In this document: positions 52,457 through 64,000 of the stretch, piece after piece
Layout of the letters: every line of letters begins with the position of its first letter
Numbering within the stretch: position 1 is the stretch's first letter
NCBI GenBank assembly: GCA_002633005.1
Contig: NMRA01000087.1
Location: 439,393-503,392, forward strand
Length of the DNA: 64,000 bases
Direction of reading: 5' to 3'
DNA from: Phoronis australis
Lineage: Eukaryota; Animalia; Phoronida
Program-made: the position numbers and the translations under genes
The notes under the pieces: generated by a model
The model's database searches: none
What the model was told of the DNA's origin: nothing
What the model saw: the letters and a program-made list of their open reading frames with translations, nothing else

Positions 52457-52954
52457 ATCCACCAAATTGTTGTAGTGTACAATATATTAATGGAAATATT
52501 TATTATTTGTTGTAATTGCTCAAACTGATGTTAATAAAAATCACGATGCCATTGTTTCCGTTTTTGTTTTGTTAGTTAAATCCAACATTGTTGGTTTAAT
52601 CTGTCTTTTAATTCTATATAACGACTTTGACATCACTCAAATGTGAGCCTAGACCACGTAATATCCAAAAAAAATCCAAAACCTTGATTGTGCAATTGTA
52701 ATATTTAAACGTGGTATCATGGTGGTTTGTGCAATGAGCTATCTAGCTCAATGGTTTTTGTTAAACCTAGCAAGCAATTTCAGGTCTTCGACCTACATCA
52801 TTTGAAAGTAACACTTAATCCGCGCTGTTTGTCATATGAGTAATTAGTTTCCTTGAACATCTAATCTGTCATTAGTTGATACACATTATCATATCCTATG
52901 GTAAATTCTGGGCGATAACACGCCATTTGGGGTTCATCCTTACATGTAGAAGCT

Positions 52955-55913
52955 TAGGCCATAGTCCATTCGACTCTAGGAAGCCTAGAAAATCACTTAA
53001 ATGGCTACTTTTTGGGGGCAAGATAATTTTGGTGTTTTTAAGGTCATTAAGTACTACACTTTAATTAAGAATCAAAAAAGTTCCCAAGGTTTGACTTGCA
53101 CGTTTTCGAGAAATTTGACCTAAAAATCTGACTTTGCAAAATTTGGCAAAGAAAACCGATCTTCAAAAACCAACAACACTAGACCCAAACTGAATGATAA
53201 TTTGATTGGTTTCTATTCATTTGAAGTTACGGGACAAGAAAAGTGATAAATATTATGACATTAGGTGGAAAATTGCTCAAAAGAGACAAATAAAAAAATT
53301 TAGCAGAGCCTCCTGTTGGCCAGAGAACATACTACTTTTTTCTGAACTACCAGAAGAACAATGCTAGCGTTAGCCATTTGGAACTCGATAAGGATCTGAT
53401 ATCACAACCTACATATGAACAACATACATTTCCAACGTTTCAGCAATTAATTCACTGTCATCATTTTATTAATTGTCACAATTGCAGTTCATAGTCAACT
53501 GTCACAAGGAACGATACACCATTTAGTCCTGACATCCACGAGCATGATAAAATGTAAATATTTTCCATTAAGCTACACATTTAAAGTTTTTTAACAAGAT
53601 AGCACACACTTTTTATGTTTGTTCATCCACTCCGTTGTTTATATTCATCATTATTGTCGTCAAAAGTTGTTTCTTGAGACACCGTGTTCACAATCTCGAC
53701 AAGAGCACACTTTGTACTACAACCACTCTTTTTACATTTGAAATTAACATTTTCATGACATTTTCTGGGACTAAAGGCCCAGTGGAAATTCAGATTAACC
53801 TACTCCATAAGTCACCCGTTACCAACTGGAGATGGTGCACTGACATGCTGTTGCAAGGCTCGTTTGTCAATGGCACACTGGTAGTTTGCTCTTTTGGAAT
53901 GTAACAGCAAACAATCATGATTAGGAGGAAGAGATGATTCCATCGCAGATTTCAACCTGAATATGTGATAGCGTGCTTTGTTAACTGTTGATGATGAGTC
54001 ACCGTACAGCTTGCATACTAACTGTTCAATGTCTTCCATGAGTTGACCAGGAAACGCAAAATAATGTTGAGCCCAACTTTAATGACAAAGTTCAAAAAAT
54101 AACTCTGCAAGTTTGCACTCTACCAGGAATAAAATTTTTGTGAACCTGAATAGCGTTTCATGTAAACACTTCAGCTTTTTTACAGTAATCCTTTTTACTG
54201 AAACAGATCACCAAAATGTTCTTCACGTTAGCACAGCATGGCCAACAAGTGAAATTTTATTTTGTCAAGTGCTCAGCATTAATAGAAATGAGTAACATTA
54301 CTAACATTGATTGTACAGGAGAGCTGCCAATTTAAGACACAGAAAAAAATTTATCACCCTTAATACCGTAGTTCAGCCTTTGAAAATAGAGGAATGGTCA
54401 TTTTGGCAATAGTTTTTGTGTGAAATTGAAAAGCGTCTTATTTACCGCAGAGTTAAAATTTCTTTTGAGGCTTCCTGTTTTAGATAGCACATAATTTGAA
54501 GAGTAAACATTTTCCTACACTTAAAATTCTCCAATTCAAGAATCTTCAAAATGTGAGACACTGAAATCTGAGCAACATTTGAATTTGCAAGATAATGAAT
54601 TACAGAACACTGACGGGCAATGTTTGTATTTTTAAATTTCTCAAATTCCAAACACAGCTCATGTATTTTTATAAGAGGGTTAGAAAATAGGCTTGGAAAT
54701 TCATAAAGAGCAGAGCTGATTACTCACATGCAGGTAAAAACTGCAGCCAGAATATTTGAGATTGAGACGGCTAATACTGTAAATGTATCAAGCAAACTAA
54801 TTGTTTTTTCTCTGTCCTAAACTAAAGATTTTTACCATAAACGATGGTTTTTCGAATTAAGAATAGGTAGGCCTATTTACAAGTGAATGTTTGGAAATGG
54901 GATGGCTTTTCAAGTTTTTTTTTGTTTGTAAAGTTCTGTGTGATGGACTTTAATTTGTAGCAAATGATACATTGTGGTGGCAACACATACTCATTTCTTT
55001 GAGCACTGTTAAATGTAACTGACTGTGACAATCTCCTCAATTTTTAGTAAGTTCAACATCGTTTCCTTTATCAGCTTGGTAGTTTTCTTTTTTAAGAGCT
55101 GGTTTCGATTTTTGATATATCCATTAAGTGTCTGTAATACTGATTGTGATGAAATAGCTCTGTTTTTTCACAAACACTTAAAAACTTCTCAGCAATAATA
55201 CTTTTCTTGCACTCAATGGTGATCCATTTGTTCGCAGTAGTCTTAGACCACGTAATATCTGAAATACCAGGAGCTCAGAATTTTGAGCGGAATTTGAGAC
55301 ATGAATGCAACAAGGAGCAGACATCTTGCCAGTCTCTTGTGAAGTCGCACACTCATTCAATAATTCATGGTTTCAGCAGTGCCCTAGCTGGTCCAAAGGA
55401 ACATGCCAAGAATTGTATATATGTCAGTATGATGACACTTGCCACTTGACTCGATCCCAATTTACTGCCTACTGGTTCATGAGCCTTGACCCTTGGTAAT
55501 TGCCAATTACTTGCACACCCATCCAAGAATTAACACTTTTCAATGTAGACGGTAGCTGTAAACAAGTTAGCCAAGCCAACAGGATAACATCAGTTGGCTG
55601 TCCCCTGATGAATGCTTTCATGAAGCAGACAACTTAGGAATGGCAAAGATAAGGACACAATATTTTCCTGGGATTTGATTGGCTGTTTTGATCATTGTGC
55701 ACTGACACCTGGTGGCTAACATATTAGTTTAGGCTAATTTTTTCCAAGTTTTGAATTAAAATTATTATTGAACGTGCAGGTTTATTCTTGGGAACCTTTT
55801 TGAAATTGATTTTTGATCATCTGTAGATGGGTTTAATTCAAAGTTCCCGCTGCCCCCCAAAAGAAGCTACGGAGGTGAAAGATACAGTGTAGGAGAGCTG
55901 GCACTATGGCGTA
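52955..55913 (-). mobile_element. Second, decayed and internally deleted Academ element
   Basis: ORF 53812-54039 is clearly homologous to 26359-27372 (LYG...VN.ARY.IFR.K...ESSLPPN.DCL..HS.RANYQCA); N-terminal remnant near 55200-55330; ends share TTTTGGGGGCA and AAAAAGTTCCCA..TTGCAC motifs with the first element; termini TAGGCCATAGT / ACTATGGCGTA; exact ends uncertain. Confidence 0.75.
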
Positions 55914-57445
55914 GATTCCCGTGTTGGTGTATAAGAGAGGAAATATCAGCCGCATTGAATACGGTAGAGTAAAAATGTGTACGGGGATTATACACCTACA
56001 TGTATATTCTGACCCGGAGCTGTATGAGAAATGTGCTCTGGACTCCTCGACGTTCCGTAAAGTCCGTAGTTGCGTCTCTATGTTGTAATAATGACACGCA
56101 AAGCTCCACCTCTGATATGTCGATGTATGGATGGAAAAAAACCAACTTGTTAAAGCAAGACACATTTGTGTTGTAATTCATATGAGATTCAGTGATTTAA
56201 AGGGACAGTGGACCCTTTTTCATCATTCCCACGGATATTACATGTAGCTGGCTAAACTAAGGAAATCCACACAAAATATCCCGTACTGTGATGGGATTGA
56301 TTCCACTTCCATTATCAACTCAAGTTATGCACATTATACATCATTTTCGAATGCACAGTTTAGGATTGGCGTAAAGTGTTTTTCCTTGATTATCTGATGG
56401 TTTCAATGTTCTGAATAGAATCCTATCAGACAAAGGCATGTTATGAGCCCGATTTTACACGAGTAAAACGCCGAATTCGATTTCTATTTTAGGCAGCTAA
56501 ACAGGGGGAAGCGCACTTTAAGCAGCTACACCCATTTATCCGAACATTGTTTGTTTTTGTTTGTCGAAGCACTCCTGGGTTATTTGGAATCCTGGGAAAT
56601 ATTTTACCACTTTTTTCGCGACTGTTCGTACCCGGAGCAATCAGGCACACGATAACACAACGTGGCAGTCATTGCAAAGAAACAAGTTGAAATACACGAC
56701 TTTATTACACCATTGTGTCACTGACTTATATTACGTTTGAGCACTTGCTTACAACGAGTACCAAGTGTGGTGGCTGACGGAAGCATAGAACGCATTTTGG
56801 CACGCACACGGTCATTTCAAAACAGCGCTAACGAACTCAAAGAGCGCTATCGCATCCCTGGCAGAAGACAACACGAACGCAAGTAAATGATATGATTATT
56901 AGCTTGCAATTGTTTCGGCGTCACGTCAGTAAAATAAAAGAGTCACAAAAAATATTTAACCAAAGAGCCTCGTTTTCGACACCAGACTACAATTCTGGAT
57001 TCAATTCTACTCACCACAGAAGACAACAGCCGGGACGCCCACCTAGTGACTGTCCTTTTTAGGGATAGCGAGAAACGTTGCTATAGTTACTATAGGAGGG
57101 GCAAAGGTGGTGTTGTTACCGAAAATAGAGATATCAGTCACCAAGGATTGTGGGATAACGGTAGCATAAACAGCAAACGTTGATGTACTACCTGATGAGA
57201 TAACGCCGCATATAGTGATATTTCAAGGAGTCGGGTGTTCAGTGTATCACAGGTACGCCGAGTATGCAAGTACAGTAGCATCTATCCAAAATCTGCTGCC
57301 ACCTAACCTAGTTTACGATCGTCTGCCTGCCTTTTTCTGGACACTGGACTAGAAGATACGTATACAATAAAAGACGCACACCCACAGATTTCCACTATCC
57401 GTAAAAGGGTCAACCGTATTTCCTCAAAATAAAGTATTTACTCAC

Positions 57446-57605
57446 CCCATACAATAAATCCGACGAGGAAAACAGTAATCATTAGTAACATGACAGTACC
57501 ACCCGCGACTATGCATTTGTTGGCAAGGCACTTGTTATGGGACCTCTCAAATGTAATCACGTGGTCGTAACCTTTACAATTCATAGACGTTTTCCTGGAT
57601 TCCAT
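57446..57605 (-). CDS. Probable first coding exon: short N-terminus plus hydrophobic segment (type II membrane anchor)
   Basis: accATGg start; IVAGGTVMLLMITVFLVGFIVWG; gtgagt donor in phase 1; acceptor at 57630-57631. Linking it to the protease gene is inference. Confidence 0.55.
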
Positions 57606-58239
57606 GGTAGACAATTCAAGGCCATTTCGCTGAAAATGCAACAATCAAATCGAATTCAAGTTGCAGTCAGTATGAAAGGGGGAATGGGACGATTTCATTC
57701 TCTTTCATGAAATCGTCATACAAAATTATCAGTTTTAAATATATTGCTTAAATAGTGCATACGCTCTGCAGTAGCATGAACGAATGTCTAGATATAATTT
57801 CGCGGGTTTGAAACAAATGAGTTCGAGGTGGCGAACGCACCCTGAGTGAGGAGCGCTCGTTGAAAAGGTTGAATTTGAAAAAAAGCTTCAACAAAATTTA
57901 AGAAGCGGTTTTTTTGAGTCGCACATGGCTTCGATGTTCTTGTTGGGAACAGAATACTAATATCATGGTAACCAATAATACGAGACCGACTTTATGAGAG
58001 TAAAATGTTTCAATCGATTTTCGTTGTTTTTTGCCAGCGGTCATGTTGAAGTACAGCTCTTTGTCGTATTTTTAAACACATAAAATGTGGAACTTGAACC
58101 TAATACACCATAAGAAAAGAATACGCCAAAGATGAACCAAAAGAATTACTTGCACTGATAAAAGTGGCAATAGGTGCACGTCATTGCCTTTGTCGTGTCC
58201 ACCAGCCCAACCGGCAGAGACATCTACTTTGGTCCTCGA

Positions 58240-58300
58240 TGACGACTTCCGGCCTACAGACCAATCAGATATTATAGCCAGCGAAGTCAATCAGGTGCAC
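58240..58300 (-). promoter_or_regulatory. Possible promoter with CCAAT box and ETS-type CCGGAAGT, upstream of a candidate non-coding exon ending near 58150
   Basis: gaccaatca and acttccgg adjacent on the plus strand; caa/gtaatt donor-like site on the minus strand. Confidence 0.3.
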
Positions 58301-59559
58301 CCACTGCATGTTCTAACACCAACACGTCATTTTATCAGTAAATCGCCCCAGTCTCCCCTAATCACTCCATATTACAGTGGAGATTATAAATTGAAAAATT
58401 TCGGAAAGATCAACATAATCCTGCAAGCCTTTTGTGATATCAACATTTTTGTTAAGTTGTTTCATTTTGAAAACTAATTCAACATTGGGAGAGACGGTAT
58501 AATTTATAAAAACAATTTATTAAACGTTGTCATTTTATTATGCTTCAGTTTACACACATGTGAGTATTTATTGCGGTCATTTCTGTCCGTGCGAGCGTTG
58601 TCCGACGTCCGGTGTCAGCTGCTGTATCTCCTAAGCCAAAGAATTGTTATGAAATTTGGCAAATGTATTTGTATTGAACCCAGCACGGCTGGCGTTGATT
58701 TCTGCGACGAGTTGGAAAACTCTAGCACTTCCCTAATGTCATTTTTACCTCTGCCTCAACAAATACCAAATTCCTTGATTGATCATCATCTAATTTAGTT
58801 TATGTGTCCCTATTGAGGAGAGCAAGGTTTGTGCTGTTTGGGACGAGTCCGTCTACTGTGGAATCTCCTTGTCATTTCTTTAAAATATTTTGTATTCCAT
58901 GTCCAATTTGCAGAATTAGTCATTTTTCATGGAAATGTCCAGGTTTATTTAAACACGTTGATTTTTACTCTTACAAAATACAATGGTGTAGGATATCAAA
59001 GACATCAAACCAAAATTGTCTCCGGAAGTGTCCACAAAAGTGGTGTTTTAGCCTGCTGTGGCTTACGGTCCACGGCCTGTAATCAGTAGTTCCCGAAGGG
59101 AAATCCTAGTTCTGTAAGGAAAACACCGCGCGACTGAGTGGTCTTTTGGCCGGTCTAGCACACCCGTCCCTCGTTTCAATGTGTCCGTGTCTGCATATAT
59201 GAATTGGCCGCAGTCTTTCATAGCCGATACCTTTTCAGAGCCACAGACACACGAACACACAAAAAATTCCGTGAACTTTTACCAGTTTAACTATACGAAG
59301 TCAATCCGAGCGACTGGGCCATCGGGCTAACCCGTTGTGCTGTTCAAGCCTCCTTTTGGTATTGGAATGTGAACCATGCCTTAATTTCAAGAATGCTTGT
59401 TAGACAAACCTAGAAATATTTTCATAATAGGGCACCTCTTACATTTCAACGATGCCCACAGTGGGTGGATAATTATGACAACGCCTCATCAGGTCATTAA
59501 CTATGGAAACATTAACGTGTGTAGTAGTTCTCACAAATTCTTGAAAAATAAATGGACTC

Positions 59560-59830
59560 GGGGAAAATATCATCGATCATCTTCAAGTGATATATCATTT
59601 CCCCCAGAATGAATTCGCGTGCAAGCACACGGAATTCCACAAGGAAATGGTTTGTAAAAAAATGTTTAACAGTAAACAAAATGAATGTACCAGATTACGC
59701 GAATTCGCTTTTCCAAATGGAATTACTGATTCCGTTTCACTGTGCACTGTTTCCATCAGACGGTTGTGGTCAGAGGAATATAAATTTCTACAAAACGAAC
59801 ACGTAGGTGAGATTTGCAACTAAGGAAAAA
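59560..59830 (+). mobile_element. Possible second Crypton N-terminal remnant
   Basis: NSRASTRNSTRKW and SIRRLWSEEYK resemble the N-x-x-T-x-x-x-T-x-W and VRKxDGxxY motifs; frameshifted. Confidence 0.3.
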
Positions 59831-60949
59831 ATAAACTAGATGTTATTGCGCATTGTCTTGAAACACACAGTAGAATACTTAAAGCTCCATTTCGTCAATT
59901 AGCTAAAATACAAAAATTCGAATAAGACCTTAGTGTAACTCGAATATTAAAACCGCCTGTGACTCAAGAGAATGTTTTAAAGTTTGTTGGGGTTGGTCAA
60001 CCCTAAACTTGCGAATTCTATCATGGCCCATGCACGCAATGCCTGTGACTTGAGTTAGTAACGGAAATAGAACCCAATCACGGTAAGGAATATCATATTA
60101 TTAAGTAATTTTATGACATTAAAATGCCTCGATTTAAATTTAAGATTTATATTTTTCTCAGTTGAGTCACTTTCCTTGGGTGAAATACACATTCAGAGTG
60201 ACAAGGTATACTTGGTATATAGTTTTTATTTACTATTTTCCGTCTCCCGGGTAACACCTTCAGTAACGCTCACAATTTGAGAAGTAACTTGAGGTGGTGC
60301 TTGTTACAAAATATTATAATGGTTACAAACCCGTCTTCCATTACAAAATCAAAAGGAAGTGTTCTCTTGTTGTTTCATGAAAGTTCTGACAATTCGATCT
60401 TATGGGGGCCAGTTTCTACAAGCTGGCTTGTCACGGCGTATCACGAGCATGTTATCAAAGGATAGGGATCTGTCAGTTCTTTTCAAACCCTGAAATCACT
60501 TATGGATCTGTCAGGCCGCAATACGTGACTACGCAAATTACGGAATTTTTCACTGGTTCATGAAACTTACAGGAGATAGGAAATAAATGATATTTCACAA
60601 ATATTTCACGTGTATTGTAGACTTGGTCTTGCGAACTTAAACTTTGCACGTCATTAACCGATCACTTCCAGAGATCTCTCGACAGGCGGTCATTTTGTTT
60701 CACCTGAGGAGCCCTCGTGGACTTGTCGACAACCTTTCCATACGGAAATCGGCTATATGTTTCAATATTCTCGAGGGGGCATCCATTGAAAGCCTGATTT
60801 AGGTTTACGGATTTAGCGACATGGAAGCCCTCTTTTGCGACTGCTTTTAATAATGAAGTTTCAAGGCATGACACAAACAAGGGAAAACGCACTGTAATCA
60901 TCCATGGACTCAATGAAGAGGAATTTGTCGGCTTATCTCTGTGTGTGCT

Positions 60950-61740
60950 AATTTGTTGCTTGTTCGATGTAGACGTTAGCCTAAGAGGTAAGGGACATGT
61001 GCCCTGATGGTATATGTGAGGGCATATATGTATTTACGAGGGGTGCAATTCCAGCTGGTAACCAGAAGCCCAAGTTATCTGAAGCAGGCGTAAATCGACC
61101 TCGTATGCCGTTGTATTTGATGCATGTGTTTCATTGGAGCATATGGGCAATCCACTGAATAGCTTTCCAGGGCTACATTCCGCAACCACGGGACATTTGT
61201 GGTGAAAAATCTTCGGTTATGGAATGGAATTCTAGAATTTTTAATCTCCCATAATTGACCATTCCACCCTTGCCGACCAAGCACCTCATAAACTTCGACT
61301 TAAGTAGATTTTTTCAGCCAGAGGGGCTGGATCACATTTAACTACAACTCTAGCATTCCTTGTGTAACTTAACCACATAACTGATTTCGCAACAGCTAAC
61401 GCCACACGCGAAAGATAAGATGTGGTCACTAGCACCTCAAAGACGAATGCACGCTGTCGTTCATTTGGAACACCTCGGTTATTTTCGTAGCCTAATCAAA
61501 TTCGTCGCCACGGAAAAGAATGTTTAGCTGCGCATATTCCATGCAGCAAGTCACGCAATTCTTAACATGGAAAATGTTGTCCGATGAGCCATGATATTTG
61601 TAATAACTTGCTTATGCAAAAGTGGACAGTTTAACAGGTGGCAGACTGCAGATTGAAAAAAGTCACTCGCACGACTATTAAGAACTGATAGGGTGGAGCC
61701 ATGCTTTTTAATCGTCGTAAGTTCGAACTTCGCCATTAAA
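60950..61740 (-). mobile_element. Decayed Crypton (tyrosine recombinase) remnant
   Basis: Motifs in order: KF....KKHG, SA....L, NI....F; PWLRNVAL; MKHM; GIRGRFT; AGI; SGHMSLTS*ANVY. Confidence 0.5.
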
Positions 61741-63399
61741 ACAAACGTATTTGATGACGATGTGGTTAAGATCAGTTCTTAAAATTTGTACACGTGACGT
61801 CATTCTCAATCCTTAGTCTGTATCTTGATATACTGCTATCTCTGGTTTCAGGCTATAATCACAAGGCTAGCCCGGCGTATTCAACGACATTCTCCCCAAG
61901 TACTTTGCTATTATGATGGAACTTCGCGCATGTGCATGAAACACCTCCTAAGGCATCTAGAACACCTCAGGTATTTTCGTATCCTCAAGGAATCGCCTGA
62001 AGTGTTTCACATCTGCGCATGTGCGAACCTCAATAAGAGCAGCAAGGCATTTTACTCTCAAAGTGAAGAATGCCATCGTATCTGCCTACATAGAACTGTA
62101 CAATGAGGGACAGAGTAAAGACCGAAAATGATGTGACTTGCGCTTTTTAAGACCTCTCAGAATTTTGACGTACATATAAGTCCAACCAACCTTTGGAAGT
62201 TTCGATTTTTAAGAGGTGTGCATTATCGCCAGCATTTCGGACGAACTGGTTTCCTCTTTATTTTCATTTTGTTGTACTACGACGGAAAGGCTTGCTTGCT
62301 AAGTTGGTCACTTTTGTGTAAAGCAGTTTTCTTTATCAAGTTTACAATGTACAATACATTTTACAAGCACACTTGAATTCAACAACTGAAATATTTTAGG
62401 CTCATGGAATAACATAATGCGAGAGACTGGTTACGATTAATTTACTGCGACACATTTTGAGTTGTTGTGACACTTCTAAAAACCCGTGTGCTTATTAAGC
62501 CTAACTTTCTATTTCTTGTTGCCATGACTATACATCATCATTTTAACATCTCAGCTCCCCACTTAAAAATGCTCCACCGCTAGTGTAGTGCACAGCATCC
62601 GCCTTCTTGTTGGAATTGGTTTTGATCTCAAGTCTTACATGAATAGCATTCATTACTAAATGTACTTATGTGCAACAGTCACTGTCCAAATCCCCAACCC
62701 AACGCCCTCTTTGATTTGTAGGTTTTTGCTTGTATAGCCAGTTCCTCATGTCTGGTAGTAGATGTACTTTAAAATAAAACAGTAGCATCGCAGAAAACAG
62801 TATTAAGTTCAGTTTTGTTGGGCGACTTCCATTTCGTATTGAGTGGAGCTCATTTTTATGTTTTCATAAGTTATCAAAATTTATTCAGTTGCTTTAGGAA
62901 CTGATGATGATTAACGGTTGTTTTTCTGTTGGATACTACAGCATAAACTTGTTATACGTGATGCCTAAATTAATACCTACTTTTAATGCACATTACGTAT
63001 TTGGGGACCCCGTTTCATAGAAGCTGTATTTTGTATGCTAGATAATGACGATATAGATGGTACAACGCTACCATGCGTTACCCGAGGAGCCAAAAAAAAT
63101 AACACTTAAAGCTTCTTTAAAACCACCCAGCCGAAAATAATTAACCATTCATTTACACCACTGACCATTATTAATTGGCCTCGTCTCATTTTTGGCTAAA
63201 ATTAAAAGACTAAACGCGATTTCTGAGCTTGAGAAGAATAAGCAGATTGATATTCTGTACGTGAGGCCATGTTCAATTCGTTGGACTCACATTGAGCGCT
63301 CCTGGCGGGTTATTTTATGGACCGACCATGACCTTACGCAATGACGCATTCAGCTCTTCCTTCGTAAAGAAATTAAGTCTAATCCGATTAAAGAACAAG

Positions 63400-63720
63400 T
63401 TGAGAATATTTCTATAGCTGTAAGGAGGTTGAAAGACAAAGGTTTTCTGACAGAGTGTGGGTTCACAATACCTTTCATAAGTAACTCTAGAACAGAAAAT
63501 TTCACAAAATGGGACAATGGTCTTGCGTAGCGAAAGTCACTGCATTTGAAGATTTAGAAAAATCTTTTACCTGATCCATGATGTTCATCTAAAACTAGGT
63601 ATCACCAGCTAAAGGTCTTCCTCGAGGTTCATAGCTTAAGTGACATACTCAAAATGGCCTGAGCCAGTGCTGAATGCATAAAAAATGCTTGTTTTTGGTC
63701 GCGCCTCATTAATTCTCAAT
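63400..63720 (+). mobile_element. Possible Ginger/integrase zinc-binding (H2C2) remnant
   Basis: IFYLIHDVHLKLG followed by a degenerate ECIK segment; many stops. Confidence 0.3.
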
Positions 63721-64000
63721 AAAATTACAATGACAAAATTTCATGTGAATTGTAAACTAATTGAAGGGTTCTCATCCGTGAAGAGTATATCGACAGCGGT
63801 TTGAAGTGGTGTTTAAAGTGTAGTTAATTTGAAAGTTAGTAGGACGCAAATGTGGGTGCGTGATCACTTATACCTACAAGTAGTAAAGTTTAGCAGGATT
63901 GTAAACTGCCTGACAAAATGCACACTTCTGCAAGTACAGTATGACATTATAGTTCCAGAGTCCTTGAACTTGAACTGCGGACTGATTTTGTCACACAAAA

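Overview
AT-rich animal (invertebrate-like) genomic DNA from a draft assembly with N gaps and single-n joins. The main host gene is on the minus strand: a multi-exon mosaic serine protease. I rebuilt it from GT-AG, phase-consistent exons: a chymotrypsin-fold domain with intact His/Asp/Ser (1067-5272), an SRCR domain, five LDLa exons, a possible degenerate C-type-lectin-like segment, a CCP/sushi exon, and probably a type II transmembrane first coding exon near 57.5 kb. Two plus-strand units lie in its introns: an intronless tetraspanin-like gene (51497-52456) and a disrupted single-exon ORF (about 20.7-23.8 kb). The introns are full of DNA transposons: a 7.9 kb Academ (XPG-type) element with TIRs and a 3-bp TSD, a second decayed Academ copy, THAP/KolX-bearing Kolobok derivatives with TTAA sites, a Helentron-type (HINE) element carrying a tandem array of CTCF-like motifs, several MITEs, and Crypton, hAT and Ginger-like remnants. 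The most notable observations are a 22-bp pre-mRNA hairpin enclosing the 3' splice site of the first protease exon, a non-canonical activation site and S1 pocket, and CTCF-like motifs carried by two unrelated transposon types. Family assignments come from motif recognition by eye, not from database searches.
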